This document shows, in pieces, positions 19,454 through 27,440 of a stretch of 40,573 bases of DNA (its first letter is position 1; each line of letters starts with the position of its first letter). The stretch comes from Methanosarcinaceae archaeon (GTDB lineage Archaea; Halobacteriota; Methanosarcinia; Methanosarcinales; Methanosarcinaceae), in the NCBI GenBank assembly GCA_030655675.1, contig JAUSPM010000216.1, positions 1 through 40,573 of the forward strand, read 5' to 3'. A program made the position numbers and the translations under genes. Below the pieces are notes generated by a model. The model was not told the DNA's origin and ran no database searches. It worked only from the letters and a program-made list of their open reading frames with translations.

Positions 19454-20088
19454 TATTCTACAGGCCTGATGGAGATGTTCACACTACCCAAATAAAATAT
19501 CGTCCACGAACCTGTTTTATTATGACTAAACTCGGTCAACCTATTTCACATGAAATCGAAAATATAAAAATTGAACTACGTAAAGTGTTCGAAAAACGAC
19601 AAATTGAAGAAATTGATGCTGAAAGTATTGTTACAGGACGAGATTTTTTAATGAAGATTTGGAACCTGATTATAACGGTTCCATTGGGAATTGCAATTAT
19701 AGATAACAATATGTCTGGGCAAACCCTTTCTAATATTTTTTATGAAATTGGATTTATGCAAGCTTGTGGCAAAGAAACATTGGTTATAAAAACAAAGGAT
19801 GCAAAAATACCATCCGATTTTATTCGAACCGAATATGTTGAATACGGAAATCGTTTTGAGAACAAACTTGATAAATTCTTCAATACTTTCTTTACACTAC
19901 CGGAATATTATGATGAAATGGCAGAAGTGCTTGAAAACAACCCCCTTTTAGCAATTGATTATTTGCGAAGAGCATATTTAATAAGTGGGGATACTAAATA
20001 TAATACGAAAGCCAACATTATTTATAATGATTTACCAACTGATGGAAGAGCAAAAAATTGTGTGGAGGCTTTGTTAGTTAATTTTTGA
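19450..20088 (+). CDS. Hypothetical protein with a nucleoside 2-deoxyribosyltransferase-like / TIR-like (flavodoxin-type) N-domain and a helical C-terminal region
   Basis: 212 aa, with GAGG 5 nt upstream. The strand-helix pattern is CFIMTKLG ... ITVPLGIAIIDNN ... NIFYEIGFMQACGKETLVI. This matches the NDT-superfamily arrangement (hydrophobic strand, then x-E-hG-hA-x-G-K-hhh with a candidate catalytic Glu). The C-terminus (YYDEMAEVLENNPLLAIDYLRRAY) is TPR-like helical. The fold call comes from pattern memory only. Confidence 0.55.
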   Translation: MIFYRPDGDVHTTQIKYRPRTCFIMTKLGQPISHEIENIKIELRKVFEKRQIEEIDAESIVTGRDFLMKIWNLIITVPLGIAIIDNNMSGQTLSNIFYEIGFMQACGKETLVIKTKDAKIPSDFIRTEYVEYGNRFENKLDKFFNTFFTLPEYYDEMAEVLENNPLLAIDYLRRAYLISGDTKYNTKANIIYNDLPTDGRAKNCVEALLVNF

Positions 20089-20141
20089 GCCTTTTTTAAT
20101 TCGAATCATAATCTAAAAATATTATATTTAATGGTGTTCAC

Positions 20142-21407
20142 ATGACTTTAGAAAAATCAAAACAATTATACGAAAAAGCCAAGACCCTTCTCCCTGGTGG
20201 AGTTAGCAGTCCTGTTCGGGCGATCAAGCCATATCCATTTTACACGGCATCTGCAAACGGTTCAAAGATCACGGACGTTGATGGGAATGAATACATTGAT
20301 TACTGTATGGCTTATGGTCCGAAAATACTCGGGCACGGTCATCCACGCATCAAGCAGGCAATTATAGAGCAATTGGACAAGGGATGGCTGTATGGCACGC
20401 CTACAGACCTTGAGGTGACGCTTGCCGAGAAAATCGCATCACTCTATCCGAGCATTGATATGCTTCGATTTGTTACCACAGGTACGGAAGCGACCATGAG
20501 CGCACTCAGGGCAGCGCGCGGGTTTACTGGTAAGAACAAGTTCATCAAGATGGAAGGCGGATTCCATGGCGCGCACGATGCTGTACTTGTCAAAGCAGGC
20601 TCAGGTGCAACCACACACGGTAAACCGGATTCACTCGGGGTTCCGGAGGATTTTACAAAAAATACACTTCAGGTTCCGTACAATGATATCGAGGCACTGA
20701 CAGATACTATCGAATCCAACAAGGATGACATGGCAGCAGTGATATTGGAACCTGTTATGGGAAATATCGGTCCGATCCTGCCCGGTGAGAATTATCTCAA
20801 AGATGTCCGCAAGGTCACGGAAGAGAACGATGTTGTACTGATATTCGATGAGGTAATTACAGGATTCAGGCTCGCCATGGGTGGCGCGCAGGAATATTTT
20901 GGTGTTACGCCTGACATGACTACGCTCGGGAAGATCGTTGGCGGTGGAATGCCTATCGGTGTGTTTGGCGGAAAGCGCGAGATAATTGAGATGATTTCAC
21001 CATCCGGTGGTGTTTATCAGGCAGGCACGTTCAGTGGCAGTCCCACTTCTGTAGCAGCAGGTATTGCAATGCTGGATGTTCTTGAGAAAGAGAATGTTCA
21101 CAAAACATTGAATGCCACAGGTGATATGGTGCGTGCACGGTTGTCTGATATTGTTTCTGATCTGGGGCTTGATTATAATGTATCCGGGATTTCGTCGATG
21201 TTCAAGATCTTCTTTGGGGCTACTCCTTCGAACTATCAGGAAGCACTCAAATGCGATAAGGAAGGTTATTTCGAGTTCTTCCACAGGATGTTGAAGGGCG
21301 GTGTTTTCCTGCCGCCATCGCAGTTCGAGACGAATTTCATTTCAACTGCTCATAGTGAATCGGATCTTGAAAAGACATTTGAAGCCTACGAGGCTAACCT
21401 GAAATAG
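20142..21407 (+). CDS. hemL: Glutamate-1-semialdehyde 2,1-aminomutase
   Basis: 421 aa class-III aminotransferase, with [12 protein letters not shown] at the N-terminus, DEVITGFR and the PLP-Lys region [14 protein letters not shown]. Confidence 0.95.
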   Translation: MTLEKSKQLYEKAKTLLPGGVSSPVRAIKPYPFYTASANGSKITDVDGNEYIDYCMAYGPKILGHGHPRIKQAIIEQLDKGWLYGTPTDLEVTLAEKIASLYPSIDMLRFVTTGTEATMSALRAARGFTGKNKFIKMEGGFHGAHDAVLVKAGSGATTHGKPDSLGVPEDFTKNTLQVPYNDIEALTDTIESNKDDMAAVILEPVMGNIGPILPGENYLKDVRKVTEENDVVLIFDEVITGFRLAMGGAQEYFGVTPDMTTLGKIVGGGMPIGVFGGKREIIEMISPSGGVYQAGTFSGSPTSVAAGIAMLDVLEKENVHKTLNATGDMVRARLSDIVSDLGLDYNVSGISSMFKIFFGATPSNYQEALKCDKEGYFEFFHRMLKGGVFLPPSQFETNFISTAHSESDLEKTFEAYEANLK

Positions 21408-21417
21408 GTGTTTAAAA

Positions 21418-22359
21418 ATGATAATAGGAACCCGTGGCAGTGGTCTTGCTCTTGCACAGGCGAACCTTGTGGCACGTCTGCTCAAGGAGAATGGTGTTGA
21501 GACTACGCAGTTAATTATAAAGACTAGCGGTGACACGTTCACAGACCGCCCGCTGCACGAAGTTGCAGGTGTGGGCGTTTTTGTGAGGGAACTTGATGAC
21601 CGTATGCTTGCAGGTGAGATCGATATCGCAGTACATTCGATGAAAGACCTGCCAACAGTGCGCCCTGAGGAGTTAGCAATTGCAGCGGTCATGAAACGTG
21701 ACTCACCATTGGATGTGCTTTTGACAATCGACGGCTCGACACTTGATGAGTTGCCGGATGGTGCAGTCATTGGTACGACATCAATGCGCAGACGGGCACA
21801 GTTACTCAGGTATCGACCAGATCTTCAAATTCAGGATCTGAGAGGAAATATCGATACACGGATCAAAAAACTTAAGGATGGCCTGTATGACGGAATACTG
21901 CTCGCAGAAGCCGGACTCCAGCGCATGGGCTGGGAGATGGATGTGGAGCGGTTGAGTCCTGATGGATTCTGCCCTTCTGCAAACCAGGGTACGATAGTCA
22001 TTGTTACAAGAGCAGGCAGTGAAGCCGAAAAAGCAGTTGCTTTTCTTGACCATCCGCAGTCACGTATGGAGACTGAGATCGAGCGCCTTGTGATCACAGA
22101 AGTTGAAGGTGGATGTATTGTTCCTATTGGTGCGTTTGCTGAAGAGGTCGAAAAAGGCGTTATTCATGTGCGTGCAGAAGTGCTTGCACTGGATGGAACG
22201 TATGAGGTTCGTGTCGATGAACTGATCCTTACTGAAGATTACAAGGCTGAAGGTCAAAGACTTGGTCATGAACTTGTGAAACTCGGTGGCAAAGAACTGG
22301 TACAGGATGCAATCTGCCAGTTATCAAGTTTAGATTCAGAACAGAGTCAATTCAACTAA
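21418..22359 (+). CDS. hemC: Hydroxymethylbilane synthase (porphobilinogen deaminase)
   Basis: 313 aa, with IGTRGSGLALAQA, DIAVHSMKDLP, GTTSMRRRAQL and RGNIDTRIKKL. Confidence 0.95.
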   Translation: MIIGTRGSGLALAQANLVARLLKENGVETTQLIIKTSGDTFTDRPLHEVAGVGVFVRELDDRMLAGEIDIAVHSMKDLPTVRPEELAIAAVMKRDSPLDVLLTIDGSTLDELPDGAVIGTTSMRRRAQLLRYRPDLQIQDLRGNIDTRIKKLKDGLYDGILLAEAGLQRMGWEMDVERLSPDGFCPSANQGTIVIVTRAGSEAEKAVAFLDHPQSRMETEIERLVITEVEGGCIVPIGAFAEEVEKGVIHVRAEVLALDGTYEVRVDELILTEDYKAEGQRLGHELVKLGGKELVQDAICQLSSLDSEQSQFN

Positions 22360-22405
22360 AAGAGGATATTGCCCTCATTGTGTAAATAAATATTAGACGG
22401 GATGA

Positions 22406-22462
22406 ACAGGATTTACAGGATGTTGTTTGCCATTTTTATCCTGTGCATCCTGTAAATCCTGT
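22406..22462. repeat. Perfect 17-bp inverted repeat (23-nt spacer) built from 9-nt-phased ACAGGA/TCCTGT hexamers
   Basis: acaggatttacaggatg (22406-22422) is the exact reverse complement of catcctgtaaatcctgt (22446-22462). ACAGGA occurs at 22406 and 22415. TCCTGT occurs at 22439, 22448 and 22457. Confidence 0.85.
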
Positions 22463-22576
22463 CCATTGATTCAAACAATGCGATCCCATGTTTGATGATA
22501 TGGCCTGAATGGTGAAGTTACTCACACAATGTTCGAGATAATCGATTTAAAATATACTAAAAAGATGTGAACGGAT

Positions 22577-23479
22577 ATGGTTACACTCACAGGACTGAAA
22601 CTTAAGAATCCTACAATATTAGCCGCAGGCATTATGGGTACGACAGGTGCATCCCTTGTGCGAATGGCAAAGGAAGGTGCGGGTGCTGTTGTTACAAAAT
22701 CGATCGGACCAGAACCTAAAGAGGGACACCATAATCCAAGTATGGTTCAACTCGAATGCGGTTTTTTGAATGCTATGGGGTTGCCGAATCCTTCTTATGA
22801 GGCTTTTTTGCAGGAACTTGAATTTGCGAAAAATGGATGTTCTGTTCCTGTGATAGCGAGCATTTTCGGAGGGAATGCCGATGACTTTCTCAAGGTTGCG
22901 GATGGATTGAGCCCTGCAAAACCTGATGCTTTTGAACTTAACGTTAGTTGCCCGCATGCCGAAGGGTATGGTGCGATGATCGGCAGCGACCCTTATGTGG
23001 TCGAGGAGATCACGCGCGCTGTCTGCGACAGCGTCGACGTTCCTGTGTGGGTGAAACTTACCCCGAATGTTACGGATATTGTGAGCATTGGTGAGGCAGC
23101 CGAGCGAGGCGGTGCTGATGCTGTGGTTGCCATAAACACTGTTCGCGCCATGGCTATTGATATTGCCACAGGTTATCCGATACTTGGTAACAGGTTCGGT
23201 GGCCTGTCCGGTGAGGCTATTAAGCCAATCGCTGTTAAGTGCGTCTATGACCTCTATGCCGCTCTCGATATTCCGATCATCGGCGTAGGGGGCATATCCA
23301 AATGGCAGGATGCAATTGAGATGATGATGGCAGGCGCAAGTGCGGTGCAGATCGGTTCTGCGGTGTTTGATGGAACCGGGGTGTTTGGCTCGATCGCTGA
23401 CGGGATCGACAATTACCTTGATAAGAACGGTCATGCCGGCATTAAAGATATTATCGGGCTTGCCCATGAGGTGATCTGA
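22577..23479 (+). CDS. pyrD: Dihydroorotate dehydrogenase, class 1B catalytic subunit
   Basis: 300 aa, with NVSCPH (catalytic Cys), [12 protein letters not shown] and GVGGI...[11 protein letters not shown]. It is followed by pyrK. Confidence 0.9.
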   Translation: MVTLTGLKLKNPTILAAGIMGTTGASLVRMAKEGAGAVVTKSIGPEPKEGHHNPSMVQLECGFLNAMGLPNPSYEAFLQELEFAKNGCSVPVIASIFGGNADDFLKVADGLSPAKPDAFELNVSCPHAEGYGAMIGSDPYVVEEITRAVCDSVDVPVWVKLTPNVTDIVSIGEAAERGGADAVVAINTVRAMAIDIATGYPILGNRFGGLSGEAIKPIAVKCVYDLYAALDIPIIGVGGISKWQDAIEMMMAGASAVQIGSAVFDGTGVFGSIADGIDNYLDKNGHAGIKDIIGLAHEVI

Positions 23480-23480
23480 A

Positions 23481-24266
23481 ATGCGACATATCAATGTCAC
23501 TATTACAAATACGGTTGATGAATCCCCATCAACAAGGACGTTCTTTTTTGACAAGTCATTTGAAAGTGCAATCCCCGGTCAGTTCGTGATGGTCTGGATA
23601 CGTGGCGTGGATGAGATCCCGATGACGCTTTCCTACACCAATGCAATTACCGTGCAGAAGGTCGGTGATGCGACATCCGCATTGTTCAAACTGGATGTTG
23701 GAGATTCACTCGGCATTCGCGGACCTTTCGGCAATGGTTTCACATTGCCACAAAAGGATGAGAAGATCCTGCTCATTGCCGGCGGTGTTGGTGCAGCACC
23801 CCTTGCGCCCCTGGCAGAGCATGTTGCGAACTCAGGCACATGGTCGAATGTCACCACGATCTTAGGCGCGCGCAATGTCAATGAGTTGATATTTGCAAAC
23901 AGGTTCTTTATGACAGGCGAGATCCATGTCACAACCGACGATGGAACACAAGGTCGGCGCGGATTTGTCACAGACGTTTTAAGTGAGATCGATATTTCGG
24001 AGTACGACAAAATATACACCTGCGGCCCCGAGATCATGATGGCGCGCGTGTTTGAGATACTCCACAAGGCAGGCGCACACAGCAAGGCGGAATTCAGCCT
24101 GCACAGGTACTTTAAGTGTGCTATCGGTGTGTGCGGAGCGTGCTGTATGGACCCGCATGGCTTGAGGGTTTGCAAGGACGGACCTGTTTTTAATGGGGAG
24201 TTGCTTGTTGACACGGAGTTTGGGAAGTATAAGAGAGGGGCGAGTGGGATTAGGGGTAGGGTTTAG
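23481..24266 (+). CDS. pyrK: Dihydroorotate dehydrogenase electron-transfer subunit (FAD / 2Fe-2S)
   Basis: 261 aa FNR-like protein, with [11 protein letters not shown] and the C-terminal cluster ligands [10 protein letters not shown]...C. It starts 1 nt after the pyrD stop. Confidence 0.9.
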   Translation: MRHINVTITNTVDESPSTRTFFFDKSFESAIPGQFVMVWIRGVDEIPMTLSYTNAITVQKVGDATSALFKLDVGDSLGIRGPFGNGFTLPQKDEKILLIAGGVGAAPLAPLAEHVANSGTWSNVTTILGARNVNELIFANRFFMTGEIHVTTDDGTQGRRGFVTDVLSEIDISEYDKIYTCGPEIMMARVFEILHKAGAHSKAEFSLHRYFKCAIGVCGACCMDPHGLRVCKDGPVFNGELLVDTEFGKYKRGASGIRGRV

Positions 24267-24358
24267 CATAAGTATGTAAAGTTAAAAGTGCATATACATG
24301 TTTACGATTTTATTTAATATGGAAATCTTTTTAAGATTATAATATAGAGATATGAACC

Positions 24359-25570
24359 ATGAAAATAATCAACGATATTTCAATTAAGAACTTTAAAGGA
24401 ATTGAAGAGATGGATTTTCCTTGTGGTTCCATAAATATTATAGTAGGTCCAAATAATACAGGAAAATCATCAATATTACAGTCAATTTGGTTGGCAATAA
24501 CTTCATTGAAAAATTATACAGATGTTATGGATAATGAAATTTCAGAAATTGTTGTAGATGAATTTAATTTCAAATATTTAGTTAATCAAGGAAAAGAAAA
24601 GTCGAGTATACAATTAAACTTATTTAATGAGGATAAAATTAATTTAGACATAATATATTCAAATAAAAATAAATATTATCCTGAATTATCAAATTATTTT
24701 TCACTTTTCATTTCGGATTTGAGTTATTTGAATTCTGAAATTCCATTTAGTCAAGGTTTAAATTACCGTGTTTTGAGAGAATTACAAAAAACGAATCGAT
24801 CATTGAAAAGTGATGAATCAAAAGAAAAATTCGATTTAGTTTTGAATAAAATCTCAAATCAAATGGATTCTGAAATCAAACAGTTTAAAAAAGATTTGCT
24901 TGATTCTGAAAAGTTGTTTATACAGTCTACATTGAACAATAATCTAATATCTATATATACAATAGCAGATGATTTTAATGATATTATATATCATTCTGAA
25001 GAAGAAAAACGAATTGTTGACATTCCTTTGATAATTAGTTCGCCCCATTCTGGTGACAACACACCTCTACTTTATGAAAAACTTTTTAATGCAAAAAAAA
25101 TATCACATGTACTTGAAAATTTAAAAAATAAAATTTCATATTTAGAAAATATTGGAGTAATCGATGATGAAATAAAAGTTTCACTTAAAGATATTGACCA
25201 AACATTACCCTTATCATCAATGGGTGATGGTTTCAAAGGTCTCTTAAAACTTTCTTTTATGGCTCCCTTGATCAAACATGGAATTGTTCTATTTGAAGAA
25301 CCTGAAATTTCAATGCATCCTGGATATTTTGAAATATTAGCGAAAGAAATTGTATCGAGTTCACATGATTCACAATTTTTTATAACAACTCACAGTTTAG
25401 AGTTTTTGGAGTATTTATTAGAAAAATCAGAAAAATTAGGCGTTATTGATTCAGTAAAAATATTGAGATTAACTCGACGAGCGGGTAATTTTATTGACAG
25501 AGAAGTATACTCTGGAATTGATGCCAAGAAAGACATCGAAGATATAAAAATTGATTTGAGGGGATATTAA
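24359..25570 (+). CDS. ABC/SMC-type (AAA_15/AAA_21-like) ATPase with a long helical insert, as in OLD N-domain / AriA / RloA
   Basis: 403 aa. Walker A is GPNNTGKSS (aa 30-38). A Lys/Glu/Asn-rich insert of ~245 aa follows. Then come signature-like LSSMGDGFKG (285-294), Walker B IVLFEEPE (309-316), ISMHPG and H-loop FFITTHS (340-346). The gene is very AT-rich compared with pyrK. Confidence 0.85.
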   Translation: MKIINDISIKNFKGIEEMDFPCGSINIIVGPNNTGKSSILQSIWLAITSLKNYTDVMDNEISEIVVDEFNFKYLVNQGKEKSSIQLNLFNEDKINLDIIYSNKNKYYPELSNYFSLFISDLSYLNSEIPFSQGLNYRVLRELQKTNRSLKSDESKEKFDLVLNKISNQMDSEIKQFKKDLLDSEKLFIQSTLNNNLISIYTIADDFNDIIYHSEEEKRIVDIPLIISSPHSGDNTPLLYEKLFNAKKISHVLENLKNKISYLENIGVIDDEIKVSLKDIDQTLPLSSMGDGFKGLLKLSFMAPLIKHGIVLFEEPEISMHPGYFEILAKEIVSSSHDSQFFITTHSLEFLEYLLEKSEKLGVIDSVKILRLTRRAGNFIDREVYSGIDAKKDIEDIKIDLRGY

Positions 25571-26227
25571 TTGAATATTATTATTTGTGAAGGTAAATAT
25601 GATGCAATATTCTTCGATGAACTTTCAAAAGAGAACACTCAGAAATACATAATGTATGACGTGGATTTTAAAAAACTTCAGAAATGTATGGGAAGAAGTT
25701 TAGATTATTTTAAAGTTGCATATCCATTGATTATTTATGGAGATGGTGGAAAGCCAAAAATATATAAGGCATTAGAAAAGGCTGTGGGGTTAACATTAGG
25801 AAAATCAAAGGATAATATCTATATTAGCCTAATTCTTGATGATGATGGTAATGAGTACGATGATTTAGAAGTGAAAGTAAAAGACATATTAGATTCTCTT
25901 TCTAAAAATAAAGACCGGTTTTCTCGTCCCCCAACGTTTGAGCAAAACAATCGAGGATTTATTTTAAAGTATCCCAAAAGTGAAGGGTCAACTATAGTGT
26001 CTCTTTTTACAGTTCCACTGAATCTAGAAATTCAAGTTGCTAAGAAATGTATTGAAAACAAGCCACATCCACATATAAATGTAGATGCAAACCCCCATTT
26101 AGCCATTGATTTTTTAGCAGACAACCATTATGATGGCAATAAAGAATTATTATTTAGAGAGACGTCTTTATTACTAAAAAATGAAATATGGGCAAATGCT
26201 ATTTTAAATCAAATGAATTCAGGCTAA
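25571..26227 (+). CDS. Small Toprim-like (DUF4435/RloB/OLD C-domain-like) putative nuclease partner of the ATPase
   Basis: 218 aa. The TTG start directly follows the ATPase TAA. The N-terminus is NIIICEGKYDAIFF (conserved Glu-Gly), followed by IIYGDGGK and LILDDDGNEYDD about 85 aa later (DxD), giving the E...DxD Toprim signature spacing. The fold assignment is not verified. Confidence 0.55.
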   Translation: MNIIICEGKYDAIFFDELSKENTQKYIMYDVDFKKLQKCMGRSLDYFKVAYPLIIYGDGGKPKIYKALEKAVGLTLGKSKDNIYISLILDDDGNEYDDLEVKVKDILDSLSKNKDRFSRPPTFEQNNRGFILKYPKSEGSTIVSLFTVPLNLEIQVAKKCIENKPHPHINVDANPHLAIDFLADNHYDGNKELLFRETSLLLKNEIWANAILNQMNSG

Positions 26228-26246
26228 AAACTTGAAAAAACCCAAA

Positions 26247-26496
26247 TCACTTCCTCTCATACTCAAAATAACTACACACATCCCCATCGCACCGAATCAC
26301 CCGCCCCCTGACCTTACCCTCAAATATGTCAAGCTCAATAGCGCTGGGTTCAGCAATTCCCTGCACTATGGCACCACCAAAGAAAGCAGAAGCACCTCGG
26401 ATTCCTCGATAATCGGATGGTGGAAATGCCCGAAGATCAAAACATCCACATCCATCTCTTTTGCCAGATAGCGCAGACCGTCCGCGTGGTCTGATG
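26247..26496 (-). pseudogene. Remnant of an MJ0936/YfcE-type metallophosphoesterase (C-terminal ~80 codons, N-terminus missing, frameshifted)
   Basis: One minus-strand frame reads SDHADGLRYLAKEMDVDVLIFGHFHHPIIEESEVLLL then stop. The next frame continues FFGGAIVQGIAEPSAIELDIFEGKVRGRVIRCDGDVCSYFEYERK. The D-V-L-I-F-G-H-x-H-x-P motif is the family's C-terminal metal site. The family's usual start and N-terminal metal-binding motifs are missing, and a stop bounds the fragment at 26497-26499. Confidence 0.5.
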
Positions 26497-26521
26497 TCAG
26501 TTGGAGAGCAAATAAGTTAAA

Positions 26522-26647
26522 ATGAACGACTATTCCGGTTCAATTTCAACTTGGGCAATGATTAAAAAGGATGATGTTGAAATAATATTTCAGCGAGAGG
26601 ATAGTCTAATTGAAGAAATCCCAGAGTTTAAAGATATGAAAATTTGA
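26522..26647 (+). pseudogene. 41-codon ORF, possible fragment of a larger gene (glyoxalase/VOC-like guess)
   Basis: MNDYSGSISTWAMIKKDDVEIIFQREDSLIEEIPEFKDMKI is bounded by stops on both sides. The W-A-M-I-x-x-D-D-V-E-I-x-F-Q pattern recalls the middle of VOC-fold proteins. Support is weak. Confidence 0.2.
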
Positions 26648-26662
26648 GGGGGACTTACTTAG

Positions 26663-26926
26663 ATGAACAATAATCTAAAAGAATTGCAAACGATCCCGGG
26701 AGTTGGGAAAAGCATTTCCCAGATTTTATGGAATATCGGGATTGAAAATGTTTCAGATCTGAAAGGCAAGGATCCTGAAGAATTATATTTAAAAATTTGT
26801 GCAGATCAGGGATACCAGGTTGACCGTTGCGTGCTTTATGTTTGCCGTTCTTCAGTTTATTTTGCCGATAACAAAGATCCCGATCCGGAAAAACTGAAAT
26901 GGTGGAATTGGAAGGATAAAAAATAA
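26663..26926 (+). CDS. Helix-hairpin-helix protein (Cdd1 'pathogenicity locus'-like family)
   Basis: 87 aa. LKELQTIPGVGKSISQILWNIGIENVSDLKGKDPEELY is a clear HhH. The C-terminus (CVLYVCRSSVYFA...PEKLKWWNWK) matches my memory of PF11731-type proteins. Confidence 0.6.
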   Translation: MNNNLKELQTIPGVGKSISQILWNIGIENVSDLKGKDPEELYLKICADQGYQVDRCVLYVCRSSVYFADNKDPDPEKLKWWNWKDKK

Positions 26927-27141
26927 GAAGAAGTATTTTGTTTAATTCATATAAATGGAGGATGTAGAGGATTTAAACGAAACATTTTGGTTTGGGTAAG
27001 AATAATGCTCATTAAATTAATTTGAATTTCCTCTACAGTTCTAGATTGTTTTTCTATATAATAGCAATTTCCCAGAATTATACCTTTTTATACCCAAATT
27101 TATACCCAAATTCGTACCAAAATGTTTTTTTGAATACAATA

Positions 27142-27387
27142 TTAATACTCACGAGTAAGGTAGAGAAATAAACTCAATGCTATAAGTTCCAGTGTATCCG
27201 GCACAAGTGCAACTGTAACCACATTATAACCAAGAGTGGAACTTGCATGAATATCTCCAAGTATAATAAGAGGCAACAATAAAAATGCATGAAATGCGTT
27301 TTTAAGAAGCAAAAATGCAGCAAATAACAGGAAGCCAAGTGTAAAATTTGATTTAAGATTCGTATAGATTCTATAAAAATTATCCAC
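27142..27387 (-). CDS. Small membrane protein (2-3 TM), downstream of the wHTH regulator
   Basis: 81 aa with hydrophobic segments FTLGFLLFAAFLLL, FLLLPLIILG and LELIALSLFLYL. It is co-directional with the regulator, 53 nt downstream of it. Confidence 0.5.
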   Translation of the reverse strand: MDNFYRIYTNLKSNFTLGFLLFAAFLLLKNAFHAFLLLPLIILGDIHASSTLGYNVVTVALVPDTLELIALSLFLYLTREY

Positions 27388-27440
27388 TAGTATAATTAAT
27401 ATTATAATTTTGCATGCTGCAATGATATAAATTAAATCCG

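Noticed and set aside
22619-23554. 311-aa minus-strand ORF
   Set aside because: It is fully antisense to pyrD, which has unambiguous family motifs. Its composition (His/Arg/Cys/Ser-rich) is not protein-like.
26232-26471. 79-aa plus-strand ORF after the Toprim-like gene (a tempting third gene of the island)
   Set aside because: The opposite strand carries clear phosphoesterase motifs (DVLIFGHxHxP). The plus-strand product is Pro/Ser/Lys-rich without features, and the GC content differs from the island.
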